64,000 nt of DNA, taken from positions 329,680 to 393,679 of the forward strand of contig CAYSSX010000002.1 in NCBI GenBank assembly GCA_964434115.1, given 5' to 3'. How positions within the stretch are numbered: position 1 is the stretch's first letter; every line of letters starts with the position of its first letter. Of this stretch, positions 38,742-48,892 are shown in pieces. A program made the position numbers and the translations under genes. The DNA comes from an uncultured bacterium. Its GTDB lineage: Bacteria; Omnitrophota; Omnitrophia; Omnitrophales; Aquincolibacteriaceae. The notes below the pieces were generated by a model that worked only from the letters and a program-made list of their open reading frames with translations, was not told where the DNA came from and did not search any database.

Positions 38742-39937
38742 AAGAAGGCGAAGTGAAGACCGGTGAAGCCGTCCTGAAATCTGAAATCATCCGCAAAAGC
38801 TTTGGTTTGAAAAAAGATATCCTGCCCCAGCTGGAAGCGGCCTACAACAGCCCGCTGATCGATCAGATTAAAAACAATGGTTTTCAGTATCAGTCCGGGC
38901 GTCTTACGGTGCGCCTTGCCGAGGAATTCGGGTTTTGCTACGGCGTGGACCGCGCGATTGATTACGCGTATGAAACCCGTTCAAAGTTTCCTGACCGCAG
39001 AATTTTTCTCACCAATGAAATTATTCATAACCCGAGAGTGAATACGAAACTCCAGGAATTGGGCATTGAATTTCTTTCGCGTGAACCGGGCCGAGGCGTG
39101 ACGATTGACGACCTGACACAGCAGGATGTTGTCCTGATTCCGGCTTTCGGAAATCCGACATCGGAACTGGAAAGGCTTCAGCGGAGAGGCTGCGTTCTGG
39201 TCGACACCACCTGCGGTTCAGTGATGAGCGTTTGGAAACGTGTGGAGTCTTACGCCCGCGATGGGTTCACTTCGGCCATTCACGGTAAGTATGATCATGA
39301 AGAAACACTGGCGACAAGTTCCCGCGCGAAAAAGTACATTATTATCCGCGACCGCGAGCAGACCAAGGTTGCCTGCGGCTATATTGAAGGAACGATTTCA
39401 AGAGAACGCTTTATGCAGGAATTCAGCGTTGCCCTTTCAGAAGGGTTTGACCCGGATAAGGATTTAGGACACCTTGGCTGCGCAAATCAAACCACGATGC
39501 TGTCCAGTGAATCGATGGAGATTGCCAGCATGCTTCGTGAATCCATGGTGCGCCGGCATGGCACAGAGGAAGCGGGCCGCCGGTTCCGTCATTTTGACAC
39601 GATTTGTTCAGCGACACAGGACCGTCAGGATGCCGTGATGAAATTGGTTCGTGAACGGGGCGTAGACCTGATGATCGTGGTGGGCGGTTATAACTCCAGC
39701 AATACCGGGCACCTCGTGGAGATCTCGCTTGAGCATTGTCCCGCGTATCATGTGAAAGACGCGGCCTGTATTTTGTCCCGCGATGTCATCCAGCACAAAA
39801 AAGTAATGACCATGGATATTATTGAGACCCGTTCATGGCTCCCGGACGGACCTGTCCGGCTTGGCGTCACGGCGGGAGCATCGACCCCTAACCGTGTGAT
39901 CGAGGAAGTGATTCAGCGGATCGTGGAAGTGGCCTGA
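38738..39937 (+). CDS. ispH: 4-hydroxy-3-methylbut-2-enyl diphosphate reductase (IspH/LytB) with an N-terminal extension
   Basis: 399 aa. Core LTVRLAEEFGFCYGVDRAIDYA, with the conserved Cys ligands of the 4Fe-4S cluster (FCYGV, CGS, CANQTT). About 40 extra N-terminal residues. Confidence 0.85.
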   Translation: MKEGEVKTGEAVLKSEIIRKSFGLKKDILPQLEAAYNSPLIDQIKNNGFQYQSGRLTVRLAEEFGFCYGVDRAIDYAYETRSKFPDRRIFLTNEIIHNPRVNTKLQELGIEFLSREPGRGVTIDDLTQQDVVLIPAFGNPTSELERLQRRGCVLVDTTCGSVMSVWKRVESYARDGFTSAIHGKYDHEETLATSSRAKKYIIIRDREQTKVACGYIEGTISRERFMQEFSVALSEGFDPDKDLGHLGCANQTTMLSSESMEIASMLRESMVRRHGTEEAGRRFRHFDTICSATQDRQDAVMKLVRERGVDLMIVVGGYNSSNTGHLVEISLEHCPAYHVKDAACILSRDVIQHKKVMTMDIIETRSWLPDGPVRLGVTAGASTPNRVIEEVIQRIVEVA

Positions 39938-39952
39938 GGCCGGAAGATTTTT

Positions 39953-40210
39953 ATGCCCAAAGAAGTAAAAGTTTACACCACGCAGTATTGCCCTTATTGC
40001 ACCCGCGCGAAAAATCTTTTGAAGAGCCGGAACATTCCTTTTCAGGAAATCGACCTGAGCAATGACCCGGAAAAGCGGGAGAAACTTTCTTCCGAAACAG
40101 GCTGGATGACAGTCCCTATGATTTTTATTGGGCAGGAATTCATCGGGGGATCAGACGATCTACACCGGATCGCCGAAAACGGCCAGCTTGATGCAAAGCT
40201 GAATAGCTGA
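39953..40210 (+). CDS. grxC: Glutaredoxin 3
   Basis: 85 aa. Active site CPYC. TVP and GGSDD glutathione-binding motifs. Confidence 0.85.
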   Translation: MPKEVKVYTTQYCPYCTRAKNLLKSRNIPFQEIDLSNDPEKREKLSSETGWMTVPMIFIGQEFIGGSDDLHRIAENGQLDAKLNS

Positions 40211-40217
40211 AACTCTT

Positions 40218-41558
40218 TCAGCGCGCCTTAAGCCGCGAACTCCAGGCCAGCAAAAGAAGACCCGCGGCTGCGGGTATTACGAGAACCCAGAGACCTTCAC
40301 GCATTCCCCAAACGTCTGCCGCCATCCCGTAAAACAAACTTCCCAGCACGGAAATTTTTGTCGTCAGGCCGTAAAGGCCAAAATATTTTCCTGTCTGATC
40401 GGAAGGAACAAGCTCAAGCAGTGCTTTCCGTCCCGCGGTCCAAACTCCGGAAAGCGCGAAAGAGCCCCCCACGAAACAGACCCCGATAAAAACAGGAAAG
40501 GAAAGCGGCCGTGTGAGCAGGACGAGGGTTGTCAGGAGAGACGCCGCGGAGAGGATTAAAATATGCATGGATTTGAAACGGTCGGAAAGAAAGCCGCATA
40601 AAATTCCTGCAGCGAAAGCGCTGACGTTCAAACCCATGAGCACGAGAATGATTTGATCCTGGGTGGGGTGAAAGACGTCGCGGGTGTAAACCGAGAGCCA
40701 AAAAATGACACTGTTGACCGCGTCGACCAGAAAAAAATTACCGCAGAGAAAAAAAAGGAGTTTGGGGTTTTGGGGGAGTTCTCGCACAGTCTTGAAGATC
40801 TGCTGCCACTCCACGAGAAAGGTTTTGCCGCGGAAAGGTTCCGGCGCCTCAACGCGGCGTTCCGGGACAAATGAGAAAAGCGGCAGGCTGAAAAGAATGA
40901 AAAGCAGGCCTGTTGTTAGAAAAACACCGGTCATTCCAGCGGCCTTGTCGACAAGGTTCATGACCGGAAGCGCGCAGACGACACCCAGGTATCCCAAACC
41001 TGTTCCAAGCCCCGACGCAAAACCCTGTTTTTCAGGAGGGGCGGCCACAGGTAAAAGCGCATTATAGAAGACAAGGGAAGCGTGATAAAAGAAGCAGGAG
41101 ATGATAAAAAAGAGGATCAGAGGCCCGGGCCGGTGGAAAAAAGACAAAATTCCGAGGGCCAGGACGCAAAAAAGGGTGCTGGCGGTCAAATAGCGTTTGG
41201 TATGGCCTGTTTTGTCGCTTAGAGCGCCCACCCAGGGGGTCACCAGGCCGGCGAGGATCATGGAGCCCGTGGTGGCGGCTCCCAGCAAGGCACGGGAACC
41301 GGACAGGGAGGTCAAATAGAGGGGGAAATAGACCGTCAGGACCACGGCCGAGAAGATCGTATTGGCAAAGTCATAGAGGGCCCAGCTGGAAAGCCTGAGC
41401 CAGGAAGTTCTGCTTTCGGGCACGGTTTGAGACTCCGGGTTTAAAGCCAGATCAGAATAGGGGTTACTCTTCTTGGCGTCAAATGTAAAAAACTTTTGAC
41501 ACAATCTTAGAAATATCCCAGAATAACCAACTCTTAAAAAGGATTCATTCAAATCCAT
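40218..41558 (-). CDS. MFS transporter
   Basis: About 12 predicted TM helices. The ORF-track start at 41558 would lie 1 nt from the divergent gltB start. The real start is more likely an internal alternative start codon near 41420, so the N-terminus is uncertain. Confidence 0.65.
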   Translation of the reverse strand: MDLNESFLRVGYSGIFLRLCQKFFTFDAKKSNPYSDLALNPESQTVPESRTSWLRLSSWALYDFANTIFSAVVLTVYFPLYLTSLSGSRALLGAATTGSMILAGLVTPWVGALSDKTGHTKRYLTASTLFCVLALGILSFFHRPGPLILFFIISCFFYHASLVFYNALLPVAAPPEKQGFASGLGTGLGYLGVVCALPVMNLVDKAAGMTGVFLTTGLLFILFSLPLFSFVPERRVEAPEPFRGKTFLVEWQQIFKTVRELPQNPKLLFFLCGNFFLVDAVNSVIFWLSVYTRDVFHPTQDQIILVLMGLNVSAFAAGILCGFLSDRFKSMHILILSAASLLTTLVLLTRPLSFPVFIGVCFVGGSFALSGVWTAGRKALLELVPSDQTGKYFGLYGLTTKISVLGSLFYGMAADVWGMREGLWVLVIPAAAGLLLLAWSSRLKAR

Positions 41559-41559
41559 T

Positions 41560-44500
41560 ATGGAAAAGCAAGGCCTGTACGACCCTCAATTTGAACACGA
41601 TGCCTGCGGCGTCGGTTTTGTGGCCCACATCAAGGGCAAGAAATCCCACGAAATCGTTCAGCAGGCTTTGACCGTTCTCAATAACCTTCGCCATCGCGGA
41701 GCCTGCGGCTGTGAAGCCAACACGGGCGACGGCGCCGGCATCCTCATTCAAATTCCTCATCTCTTCTTTAAAGAAGCCTGCGCGGGCCTGGGAATTAACC
41801 TTCCCGAAGAAGGCCAGTACGGCGTGGGAATGGTTTTTCTTTCTTCCGACAAAGATGAACGCAAGAACGCTGAAAAAATTGTCGAGCGGATCATTAAAGA
41901 AGAAGGCCAGAAGCTTCTGGGCTGGCGCAAGGTTCAGACCGACAACACGACCATGGGGCCCACGGCGCGTTCCGAAGAGCCTGTGGTTAAGCAGGTCTTT
42001 GTGGCGCGTGACCCCAAGTTGACGGACCCGATGGCCTTTGAACGCAAACTTTATGTGATCCGCAAGCGCGCGGAAAACGAAATCCGCTACTCCCAAATGA
42101 AGGGAAGCAAGTTTTTCTACGTTCCGAGTTTTTCTCACCGCACCATCATTTACAAGGGCATGCTGATGTCCGAACAGGTGGGGGAATTTTATCCGGAGCT
42201 TTCTGAACCCAGCCTTCAAAGTTCGCTTGCCCTGGTTCACTCGCGTTTCAGCACCAACACTTTTCCCAGCTGGGACCGCGCGCACCCTTACCGTTTTATT
42301 GCGCACAACGGAGAAATCAACACGCTGCGCGGCAATGTGAACTGGATGCATGCGCGCCAGGCTATGTGCGCGTCTGAACTTTTTGGCGACGACATCAAAA
42401 AACTGCTTCCTGTGATTGCCCCGGACGGCAGTGACTCCGCGATGTTTGACAATTGCCTCGAGTTTTTAGTGCTGGGCGGACGCTCGCTGCCTCATGCGGT
42501 CATGATGATGATTCCTGAGCCATGGTCCAACCACGAAAGCATGAGCGACGATAAAAAGGCCTTCTATGAATATCACGCGAGCTTGATGGAACCTTGGGAC
42601 GGCCCGGCTTCGATCGTGTTTACGGATGGCGTTCAGATTGGAGCTGTTCTGGACCGCAACGGCCTTCGGCCTTCCCGTTATTATGTGACCAAAGATGAGC
42701 TTGTGATTATGGCCTCTGAAGTCGGCGTGCTTGAAGTGGCGCCCGAGCGTGTGCTCCAGAAGGGGCGTTTGCAGCCGGGCCGCATGTTCCTTATTGATAC
42801 TAAGGAAGGCCGCATTGTTGCCGACGAAGAGATCAAAAACAAAATTATCAAGGAACACCCCTACCGTCAGTGGCTTAATGAGAACCTGCTTAAACTGGAA
42901 AATCTTCCGGAAGCGCCGCATGTGCATGAGCCGGATCATAAAACGATCCTTCTCCGCCAGCAGGCTTTTGGTTACACCTTTGAAGAACTCCGTATCATCA
43001 TGGCCCCCATGGGGCGTGACGGGGTTGAGGCTGTCGGGTCCATGGGAACGGACACGCCGCTTGCCGTGTTGTCTAACCGTCCGCAGCTTTTGTACAGTTA
43101 CTTTAAACAGCTTTTCGCGCAGGTGACCAATCCTCCCATCGACTGTATCCGCGAAGAGATCGTGACGTCCGCGGAAACCAATCTGGGCCCTGAACGCAAC
43201 CTTCTCAAGCCGGAGCCCAAGAGCTGCCGTCAGATCAAACTGAAAAGTCCGATTTTGAGTAATGAAGACTTTGAAAAGCTCCGTCACGTGGATCACAAAG
43301 ACTTCAAATCTGTGACGCTGCCGATTCTTTATGCCGCAGACGGCGGCGGTAAGGCCCTTGAATCAGCGCTTCAGAAAATGTATGAGCTGGCCAGCCGTGC
43401 CATTAGAAATGGCAGCAACCTCATTGTTCTTTCGGACCGCGGTATCAGCCATGAGCACGCCGCGATTCCCGCGCTTCTTGCGGTTGCAGGTTTGCACCAT
43501 CATTTGATCCGCGAAGGGACCCGCACGAAGGTCGGTATTATTCTGGAATCCGGCGAACCCCGGGAAGTTCATCACTTTGCCCTTCTCATCGGGTACGGTG
43601 CCGGAGCGATCAATCCTTACCTCGCTTTTGAAACCTTGGACGACATGATCCGTCAGGGGCTTCTCAAAGATGTGGACCATAAAACCGCCGTTAAGAATTA
43701 CGTGAAAGCGGTGACCAAGGGTGTGGTCAAGACCATGTCGAAGATGGGCATTTCGACCATACAGAGTTATTGCGGCGCGCAGATTTTTGAAGCCGTGGGG
43801 CTCAACCAGATTTTGGTGGATAAATATTTTACCTGGACGCCTTCACGGATTCAGGGCGTTGGGCTTGCTGAAGTCGCGGAAGAAGTTTACCGCCGCCACC
43901 GGCATGCGTTTCCGGACCGCCAAGTCAACGGTCAGACGCTGGATCCGGGCGGACAGTATCAGTGGCGCAAGGACGGGGAGTATCATCTTTTTAACCCCGA
44001 AACCATTCACAAGCTTCAGAACTCCACGCGCACCAATAACTACAAAGTCTTCAAGGAATATTCCGAATCCGTCAATCAGCAGTCAAAGCACTACTGCACT
44101 TTGCGCGGACTTTTTGACCTTAAGCTTTCGAAAAACCCGATTCCCATTGAGCAGGTTGAGTCCGTTGAGGCGATCGTTAAGCGTTTCAAGACCGGAGCCA
44201 TGTCCTACGGGTCCATCAGCAAGGAAGCCCACGAAGGACTCGCTGTGGCAATGAACCGCCTTGGCGGAAAAAGCAACACAGGCGAGGGCGGTGAAGATCC
44301 GGCCCGGTATGTCCGCGAACCGAATGGGGATTCCAAGAACAGCGCGATCAAGCAGGTGGCCTCAGGGCGCTTTGGCGTGACCAGCGAGTATCTTGTCAAC
44401 GCGCGTGAAATTCAAATCAAGATGGCCCAGGGCGCGAAACCGGGAGAAGGCGGCCAGCTTCCCGGGAGTAAAGTTTACCCCTGGATTGCCAAGGTTCGTC

Positions 44501-46140
44501 ATTCCACGCCGGGAGTGGGGTTGATTTCTCCGCCTCCGCATCATGATATTTATTCGATCGAAGATTTGGCCGAGCTCATTCATGATTTAAAAAACGCCAA
44601 CACGCAGGCGCGTATCAGCGTCAAGCTTGTGTCTGAAGTCGGCGTTGGAACTATTGCGGCCGGCGTTGCCAAGGCGCATGCCGATGTGGTTTTGATCAGC
44701 GGGCATGACGGCGGCACGGGAGCTTCACCGCTTTCCAGTATCAAATACGCGGGGGCCCCCTGGGAACTTGGACTTGCTGAAACGCACCAGACACTGGTGC
44801 TGAATAACTTACGCAGCCGGATTGCCGTGGAAACGGATGGCCAGCTTAAAACCGGCCGCGATGTTGTGATTGCCGCGCTTTTGGGCGCAGAAGAATTTGG
44901 ATTTGCAACCTCACCCCTTGTGGTGCTGGGCTGCATCATGATGCGTGTCTGCCACTTGAATACCTGTCCGGTGGGTGTTGCCACGCAAAATCCGGAGCTT
45001 CGTAAAAAGTTTACGGGAGATCCGGCCCACGTTGTTAATTTCATGAATTTTATTGCGCAGGAAATGCGTGAGATCATGGCTCAGCTCGGGTTCCGTACGG
45101 TAAACGAAATGATCGGCCGGACCGACAAACTTGATACTAAAAAAGCCGTTGACCATTGGAAAGCTCACGGGCTTGATTTGACCCCGATTCTTCATCAGCC
45201 CGAAGTTCCCGCCACGGTGGGCCGCTATTGCCAGATGACTCAAGATCATGGTCTTGATAATGCCTTGGACAATCAGGTTCTCTTGGATCTTTGTGAACCG
45301 GCATTGGCGAGGCGCGAAAAAGTAAAAGCCACGCTTCAGGTGCGCAATACGAACCGCGTGGTCGGAACTATTTTGGGAAGTGAAGTGACCCGCCGCTACG
45401 GCGCAGCAGGCCTTGCGGAGGATACTATTCACCTTCATTTCACGGGTTCCGCAGGCCAGAGTTTTGGTGCGTTCATCCCGAAAGGGGTAACGCTTGAGCT
45501 TGAGGGCGATGCCAATGACTATGTGGGCAAGGGGCTTTCGGGCGGCAAGATTTTAGTGTACCCGTCTAAGGCTTCGACCTTTAAGCCCGAAGAGAATATG
45601 ATCATCGGAAACGTTGCTTTTTACGGCGCCACGGAAGGGGAAGCTTATATCCGCGGGATGGCGGGAGAGCGTTTCTGCGTCCGCAACAGCGGTGTCCGGG
45701 CCGTGGTGGAAGCCGTGGGGGATCATGGCTGTGAGTATATGACCGGCGGCCGCGTGGTGGTGCTTGGCCCAACGGGACGTAATTTTGCCGCAGGGATGTC
45801 GGGCGGTGTCGCTTATATTCTGGACGTGGATGGAACTTTTGCCACTCGCTGCAACGTGCAAATGGTTGCCTTGGAGCGTCTCGAAACCGCGGATGAGATT
45901 GTGGAACTCCGGACCATGATTGAAAAGCATCAGGAGTACACCCGTAGTGACCGGGCCGCCTACATTCTTAAACTTTGGGAAGAAATGATTCCTAAATTTG
46001 TGAAGGTCATGCCGAAGGACTACAAGCGCGTTCTTCAGTGCCTTGAAAAGGTCAAGGGTGCTGGCCTCAGCGGCGAAGAAGCGATCATGGCAGCCTTTCA
46101 AGAAAACTCGCGCGACCTCTCAAGAGTCGGCGGAAACTAA
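41560..46140 (+). CDS. gltB: Glutamate synthase large subunit
   Basis: 1526 aa. The N-terminal amidotransferase domain starts with the processed Cys-1 context ([13 protein letters not shown]). FMN/Fe-S central domain. GXGXG C-terminal domain. Confidence 0.95.
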   Translation: MEKQGLYDPQFEHDACGVGFVAHIKGKKSHEIVQQALTVLNNLRHRGACGCEANTGDGAGILIQIPHLFFKEACAGLGINLPEEGQYGVGMVFLSSDKDERKNAEKIVERIIKEEGQKLLGWRKVQTDNTTMGPTARSEEPVVKQVFVARDPKLTDPMAFERKLYVIRKRAENEIRYSQMKGSKFFYVPSFSHRTIIYKGMLMSEQVGEFYPELSEPSLQSSLALVHSRFSTNTFPSWDRAHPYRFIAHNGEINTLRGNVNWMHARQAMCASELFGDDIKKLLPVIAPDGSDSAMFDNCLEFLVLGGRSLPHAVMMMIPEPWSNHESMSDDKKAFYEYHASLMEPWDGPASIVFTDGVQIGAVLDRNGLRPSRYYVTKDELVIMASEVGVLEVAPERVLQKGRLQPGRMFLIDTKEGRIVADEEIKNKIIKEHPYRQWLNENLLKLENLPEAPHVHEPDHKTILLRQQAFGYTFEELRIIMAPMGRDGVEAVGSMGTDTPLAVLSNRPQLLYSYFKQLFAQVTNPPIDCIREEIVTSAETNLGPERNLLKPEPKSCRQIKLKSPILSNEDFEKLRHVDHKDFKSVTLPILYAADGGGKALESALQKMYELASRAIRNGSNLIVLSDRGISHEHAAIPALLAVAGLHHHLIREGTRTKVGIILESGEPREVHHFALLIGYGAGAINPYLAFETLDDMIRQGLLKDVDHKTAVKNYVKAVTKGVVKTMSKMGISTIQSYCGAQIFEAVGLNQILVDKYFTWTPSRIQGVGLAEVAEEVYRRHRHAFPDRQVNGQTLDPGGQYQWRKDGEYHLFNPETIHKLQNSTRTNNYKVFKEYSESVNQQSKHYCTLRGLFDLKLSKNPIPIEQVESVEAIVKRFKTGAMSYGSISKEAHEGLAVAMNRLGGKSNTGEGGEDPARYVREPNGDSKNSAIKQVASGRFGVTSEYLVNAREIQIKMAQGAKPGEGGQLPGSKVYPWIAKVRHSTPGVGLISPPPHHDIYSIEDLAELIHDLKNANTQARISVKLVSEVGVGTIAAGVAKAHADVVLISGHDGGTGASPLSSIKYAGAPWELGLAETHQTLVLNNLRSRIAVETDGQLKTGRDVVIAALLGAEEFGFATSPLVVLGCIMMRVCHLNTCPVGVATQNPELRKKFTGDPAHVVNFMNFIAQEMREIMAQLGFRTVNEMIGRTDKLDTKKAVDHWKAHGLDLTPILHQPEVPATVGRYCQMTQDHGLDNALDNQVLLDLCEPALARREKVKATLQVRNTNRVVGTILGSEVTRRYGAAGLAEDTIHLHFTGSAGQSFGAFIPKGVTLELEGDANDYVGKGLSGGKILVYPSKASTFKPEENMIIGNVAFYGATEGEAYIRGMAGERFCVRNSGVRAVVEAVGDHGCEYMTGGRVVVLGPTGRNFAAGMSGGVAYILDVDGTFATRCNVQMVALERLETADEIVELRTMIEKHQEYTRSDRAAYILKLWEEMIPKFVKVMPKDYKRVLQCLEKVKGAGLSGEEAIMAAFQENSRDLSRVGGN

Positions 46141-46149
46141 CTTAGAGCT

Positions 46150-47634
46150 ATGGGTAAACCTACCGGATTTATTGAAATTCCCCGTGAACTTCCCAAAGAC
46201 CGAGAGCCCAAAGAAAGGCTTGCGGACTGGAAAGAGTTTCATCACCACATGCCTGTGGACAAACTTCAGTCCCAGGGCGCGCGGTGTATGGATTGCGGCA
46301 TTCCTTTCTGCCATACAGGCACCTTGATCTCCGGCATGGCCTCTGGCTGTCCCATCAACAACCTGATTCCCGAGTGGAACGATCTTGTCTACCGCGGCCT
46401 CTGGCGCGAGGCGCTTGACCGCCTTCATAAGACGAACAACTTCCCTGAATTTACCGGACGTGTCTGCCCGGCTCCTTGCGAAGGGTCCTGCGTACTTGGT
46501 ATCAGCGAGCCGCCGGTCACGATTAAAAATATCGAATGCTCTATTGTCGACAAGGGGTTTGAGGAAGGCTGGATTACCGCGGAAGCGCCCGCCAAGCGTA
46601 CAGGCAAAAGCGTCGGTGTGGTCGGTTCCGGTCCTGCCGGTCTTGCCGCCGCGGCACAACTCAATAAAGCCGGCCATAAAGTGACGGTGTTTGAACGCGC
46701 AGACCGCATTGGCGGACTTCTGATGTATGGTATTCCCAACATGAAATTGGACAAATCCATTGTTCAGCGCCGCGTTGATCTGCTGGCTGCGGAAGGCGTC
46801 AAATTCGTGGTCAATACCGAGGTGGGAAAAGATTACCCCGCGGAAAAGCTTCTTAAAGATTTCGATGCCGTGGTGCTTGCCGGCGGCGCGACCAAGCCCC
46901 GTGACCTTCCGATTGATGGCCGCTCTTTGAAGGGAATTCACTTTGCGATGGAATTCCTTCATGGGAACACGAAAAGTCTTCTTGATGGAAAAACCGAGTC
47001 TGGATTTATTTCTGCCAAGGGCAAAGATGTTGTGGTGATCGGCGGCGGTGATACCGGGACCGATTGCGTGGGGACCTCGATGCGCCACGGCTGCAAGAGC
47101 CTGGTCCAGCTTGAGATCATGCCCAAACCGCCGCTGAACCGTGCCGCGAATAACCCCTGGCCGGAGTGGCCGAAGGTTTACAAGCTTGATTATGGACAGG
47201 AAGAAGCTGCGGCGGTTTATGGCGATGATCCCCGCCGTTATCTTGTGACGGCCAAGAAATTTGAGGGCGATGAAAACGGGCATGTGAAAGCCGTTCATAT
47301 CGTGACCATCGAGTGGCAGAAAGACGCGAACGGCCGGATGGCTCCCAAAGAAGTTCCGGGCACGGAAAAAGTATTGCCCGCGCAGCTGGTGCTTCTTGCG
47401 ATGGGTTTTCTCGGACCTGAAGATACGGTTCTCAAGGGGCTGGGCGTGGATCGTGATGAGCGAACCAATGCCAAGGCCGAGCATGGAAAATTTTCCACCA
47501 ATATCCCGGGTGTTTTTGCCGCGGGCGACATGCGCCGCGGACAAAGCCTTATCGTCTGGGCCATCAATGAAGGACGCGGCGCCGCTCGTGCCGTAGATCT
47601 TCATCTGATGGGGGCGACGGATCTTCCTTCCTGA
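46150..47634 (+). CDS. gltD: Glutamate synthase small subunit (NADPH-dependent)
   Basis: 494 aa. Two N-terminal Cys clusters (CMDCGIPFC ... CPAPCEGSC). FAD/NAD Rossmann motifs [11 protein letters not shown] and VIGGGDTG. Confidence 0.9.
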   Translation: MGKPTGFIEIPRELPKDREPKERLADWKEFHHHMPVDKLQSQGARCMDCGIPFCHTGTLISGMASGCPINNLIPEWNDLVYRGLWREALDRLHKTNNFPEFTGRVCPAPCEGSCVLGISEPPVTIKNIECSIVDKGFEEGWITAEAPAKRTGKSVGVVGSGPAGLAAAAQLNKAGHKVTVFERADRIGGLLMYGIPNMKLDKSIVQRRVDLLAAEGVKFVVNTEVGKDYPAEKLLKDFDAVVLAGGATKPRDLPIDGRSLKGIHFAMEFLHGNTKSLLDGKTESGFISAKGKDVVVIGGGDTGTDCVGTSMRHGCKSLVQLEIMPKPPLNRAANNPWPEWPKVYKLDYGQEEAAAVYGDDPRRYLVTAKKFEGDENGHVKAVHIVTIEWQKDANGRMAPKEVPGTEKVLPAQLVLLAMGFLGPEDTVLKGLGVDRDERTNAKAEHGKFSTNIPGVFAAGDMRRGQSLIVWAINEGRGAARAVDLHLMGATDLPS

Positions 47635-47686
47635 TCTTACGGCATCTTTTTTTGGCCCTGGCTTGTGAAATTTCAAGGATGCGGTC

Positions 47687-48436
47687 ATGACACTTCAAGG
47701 AAAAACAGTTCTTATTACCGGAGCCGCCAAAAGACTTGGGCGTGAAACAGCCCTTCTGCTTGCCCGCCGTGGAGCTTCCGTGATTATTCACTGCAACCGC
47801 TCTTTACGCGAAGCTCAGGCGCTTCAAAAAGAAATCAAGGTGTTAGGGTGTGAGGCTTGGGTCTTCCGCCAGGAATTTGACCTCAAGCAGGGCAGGGTTG
47901 AGGCCGCTGTCCGCGCCCTTGCGGCGAAAACTTCCAAAGACTGCCCGCCTGTCGACATTCTCATCAACAACGCATCCATTTTTTATCCCACGCCGCTTGA
48001 GAAGGTGTCTGAAAAGGATTGGGATGCGTTTCAGACCGTGAATCTTAAAGTCCCTTTTTTTCTGGCTCGTGAATTCGGGCTGCGCATGAAAAAGCGCAAG
48101 CAGGGAAAAATCATTAACTTTGTGGACTGGACAGGCTGGCGCCCGGACCCGGACTATCTTCCTTACGCAACTTCAAAGGCGGGGCTGATTGCTTTGACGG
48201 AAGGGCTGGCCAAGGCGCTCGCCCCGCATGTTCAGGTGAACGGCATTGCTCCAGGGCCTATTTTGAAACCGAAAGGCATGACGCCCGCGGGAGAAAAAGC
48301 GGCGGCTGGAAAAACCTTGCTGGGGCGTTTTGGACGGCCTGAGGATATTGCGGAAGCTGTCCGCTTTCTTTGTGAAAAAACGGATTTTATTACCGGAGTC
48401 TGCCTTCCTGTTGACGGCGGATGCCGGATCGCCTGA
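47687..48436 (+). CDS. SDR-family pteridine reductase-like oxidoreductase (PTR1/FolM-like)
   Basis: 249 aa. TGAAKRLG in place of the classical TGxxxGIG, which is diagnostic of pteridine reductases. NNAS and YxxxK (YATSKAG) catalytic motifs. Next to a PTPS/QueD gene. Confidence 0.55.
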   Translation: MTLQGKTVLITGAAKRLGRETALLLARRGASVIIHCNRSLREAQALQKEIKVLGCEAWVFRQEFDLKQGRVEAAVRALAAKTSKDCPPVDILINNASIFYPTPLEKVSEKDWDAFQTVNLKVPFFLAREFGLRMKKRKQGKIINFVDWTGWRPDPDYLPYATSKAGLIALTEGLAKALAPHVQVNGIAPGPILKPKGMTPAGEKAAAGKTLLGRFGRPEDIAEAVRFLCEKTDFITGVCLPVDGGCRIA

Positions 48437-48444
48437 GGAGATTT

Positions 48445-48855
48445 ATGTTTACAGTCGGACGTGAAATTCATTTCAGCTACGGGCACCGTCTCACCGATTA
48501 TCAGGGCAAATGCGCGCATCTCCATGGCCACAACGGCCGCGTCCTCGTCGAGCTTTCCAGCCAGTCGCTTAATGCTCAGGGAATGGTCATGGATTTTTTT
48601 GAAATCAAGGCCACGCTGGGCGCATGGATTCAGGAAAAGCTGGATCACCGGATGATTCTTGCCCGTAAAGACCCTTTGGCAGAAGTGCTTCGCCAGAACG
48701 GTGAACCGGTTGCTTTAATGGACGAGAACCCGACCGCCGAGGCGATTGCCCGGTGGATTTTCCGTGCGGCCCGGGAAATGAAGCTGCCGGTGACACGCGT
48801 CACCCTTTGGGAAACAGAAAACTCTTTCGCGGTTTACGAAGAACCTTCGGTTTAA
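48445..48855 (+). CDS. queD: 6-pyruvoyl-/6-carboxy-tetrahydropterin synthase family protein
   Basis: The ORF track starts at 48421; the start is chosen at the Met at 48445, which has a gaggag RBS. Zn-binding His motifs (HFSYGHRL...HLHGHN). Catalytic Cys at CAHLHGH. Confidence 0.75.
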   Translation: MFTVGREIHFSYGHRLTDYQGKCAHLHGHNGRVLVELSSQSLNAQGMVMDFFEIKATLGAWIQEKLDHRMILARKDPLAEVLRQNGEPVALMDENPTAEAIARWIFRAAREMKLPVTRVTLWETENSFAVYEEPSV

Positions 48856-48892
48856 TGGCTGCCGCGGCCTGTTTTGCGGCAAAGCATAACAG

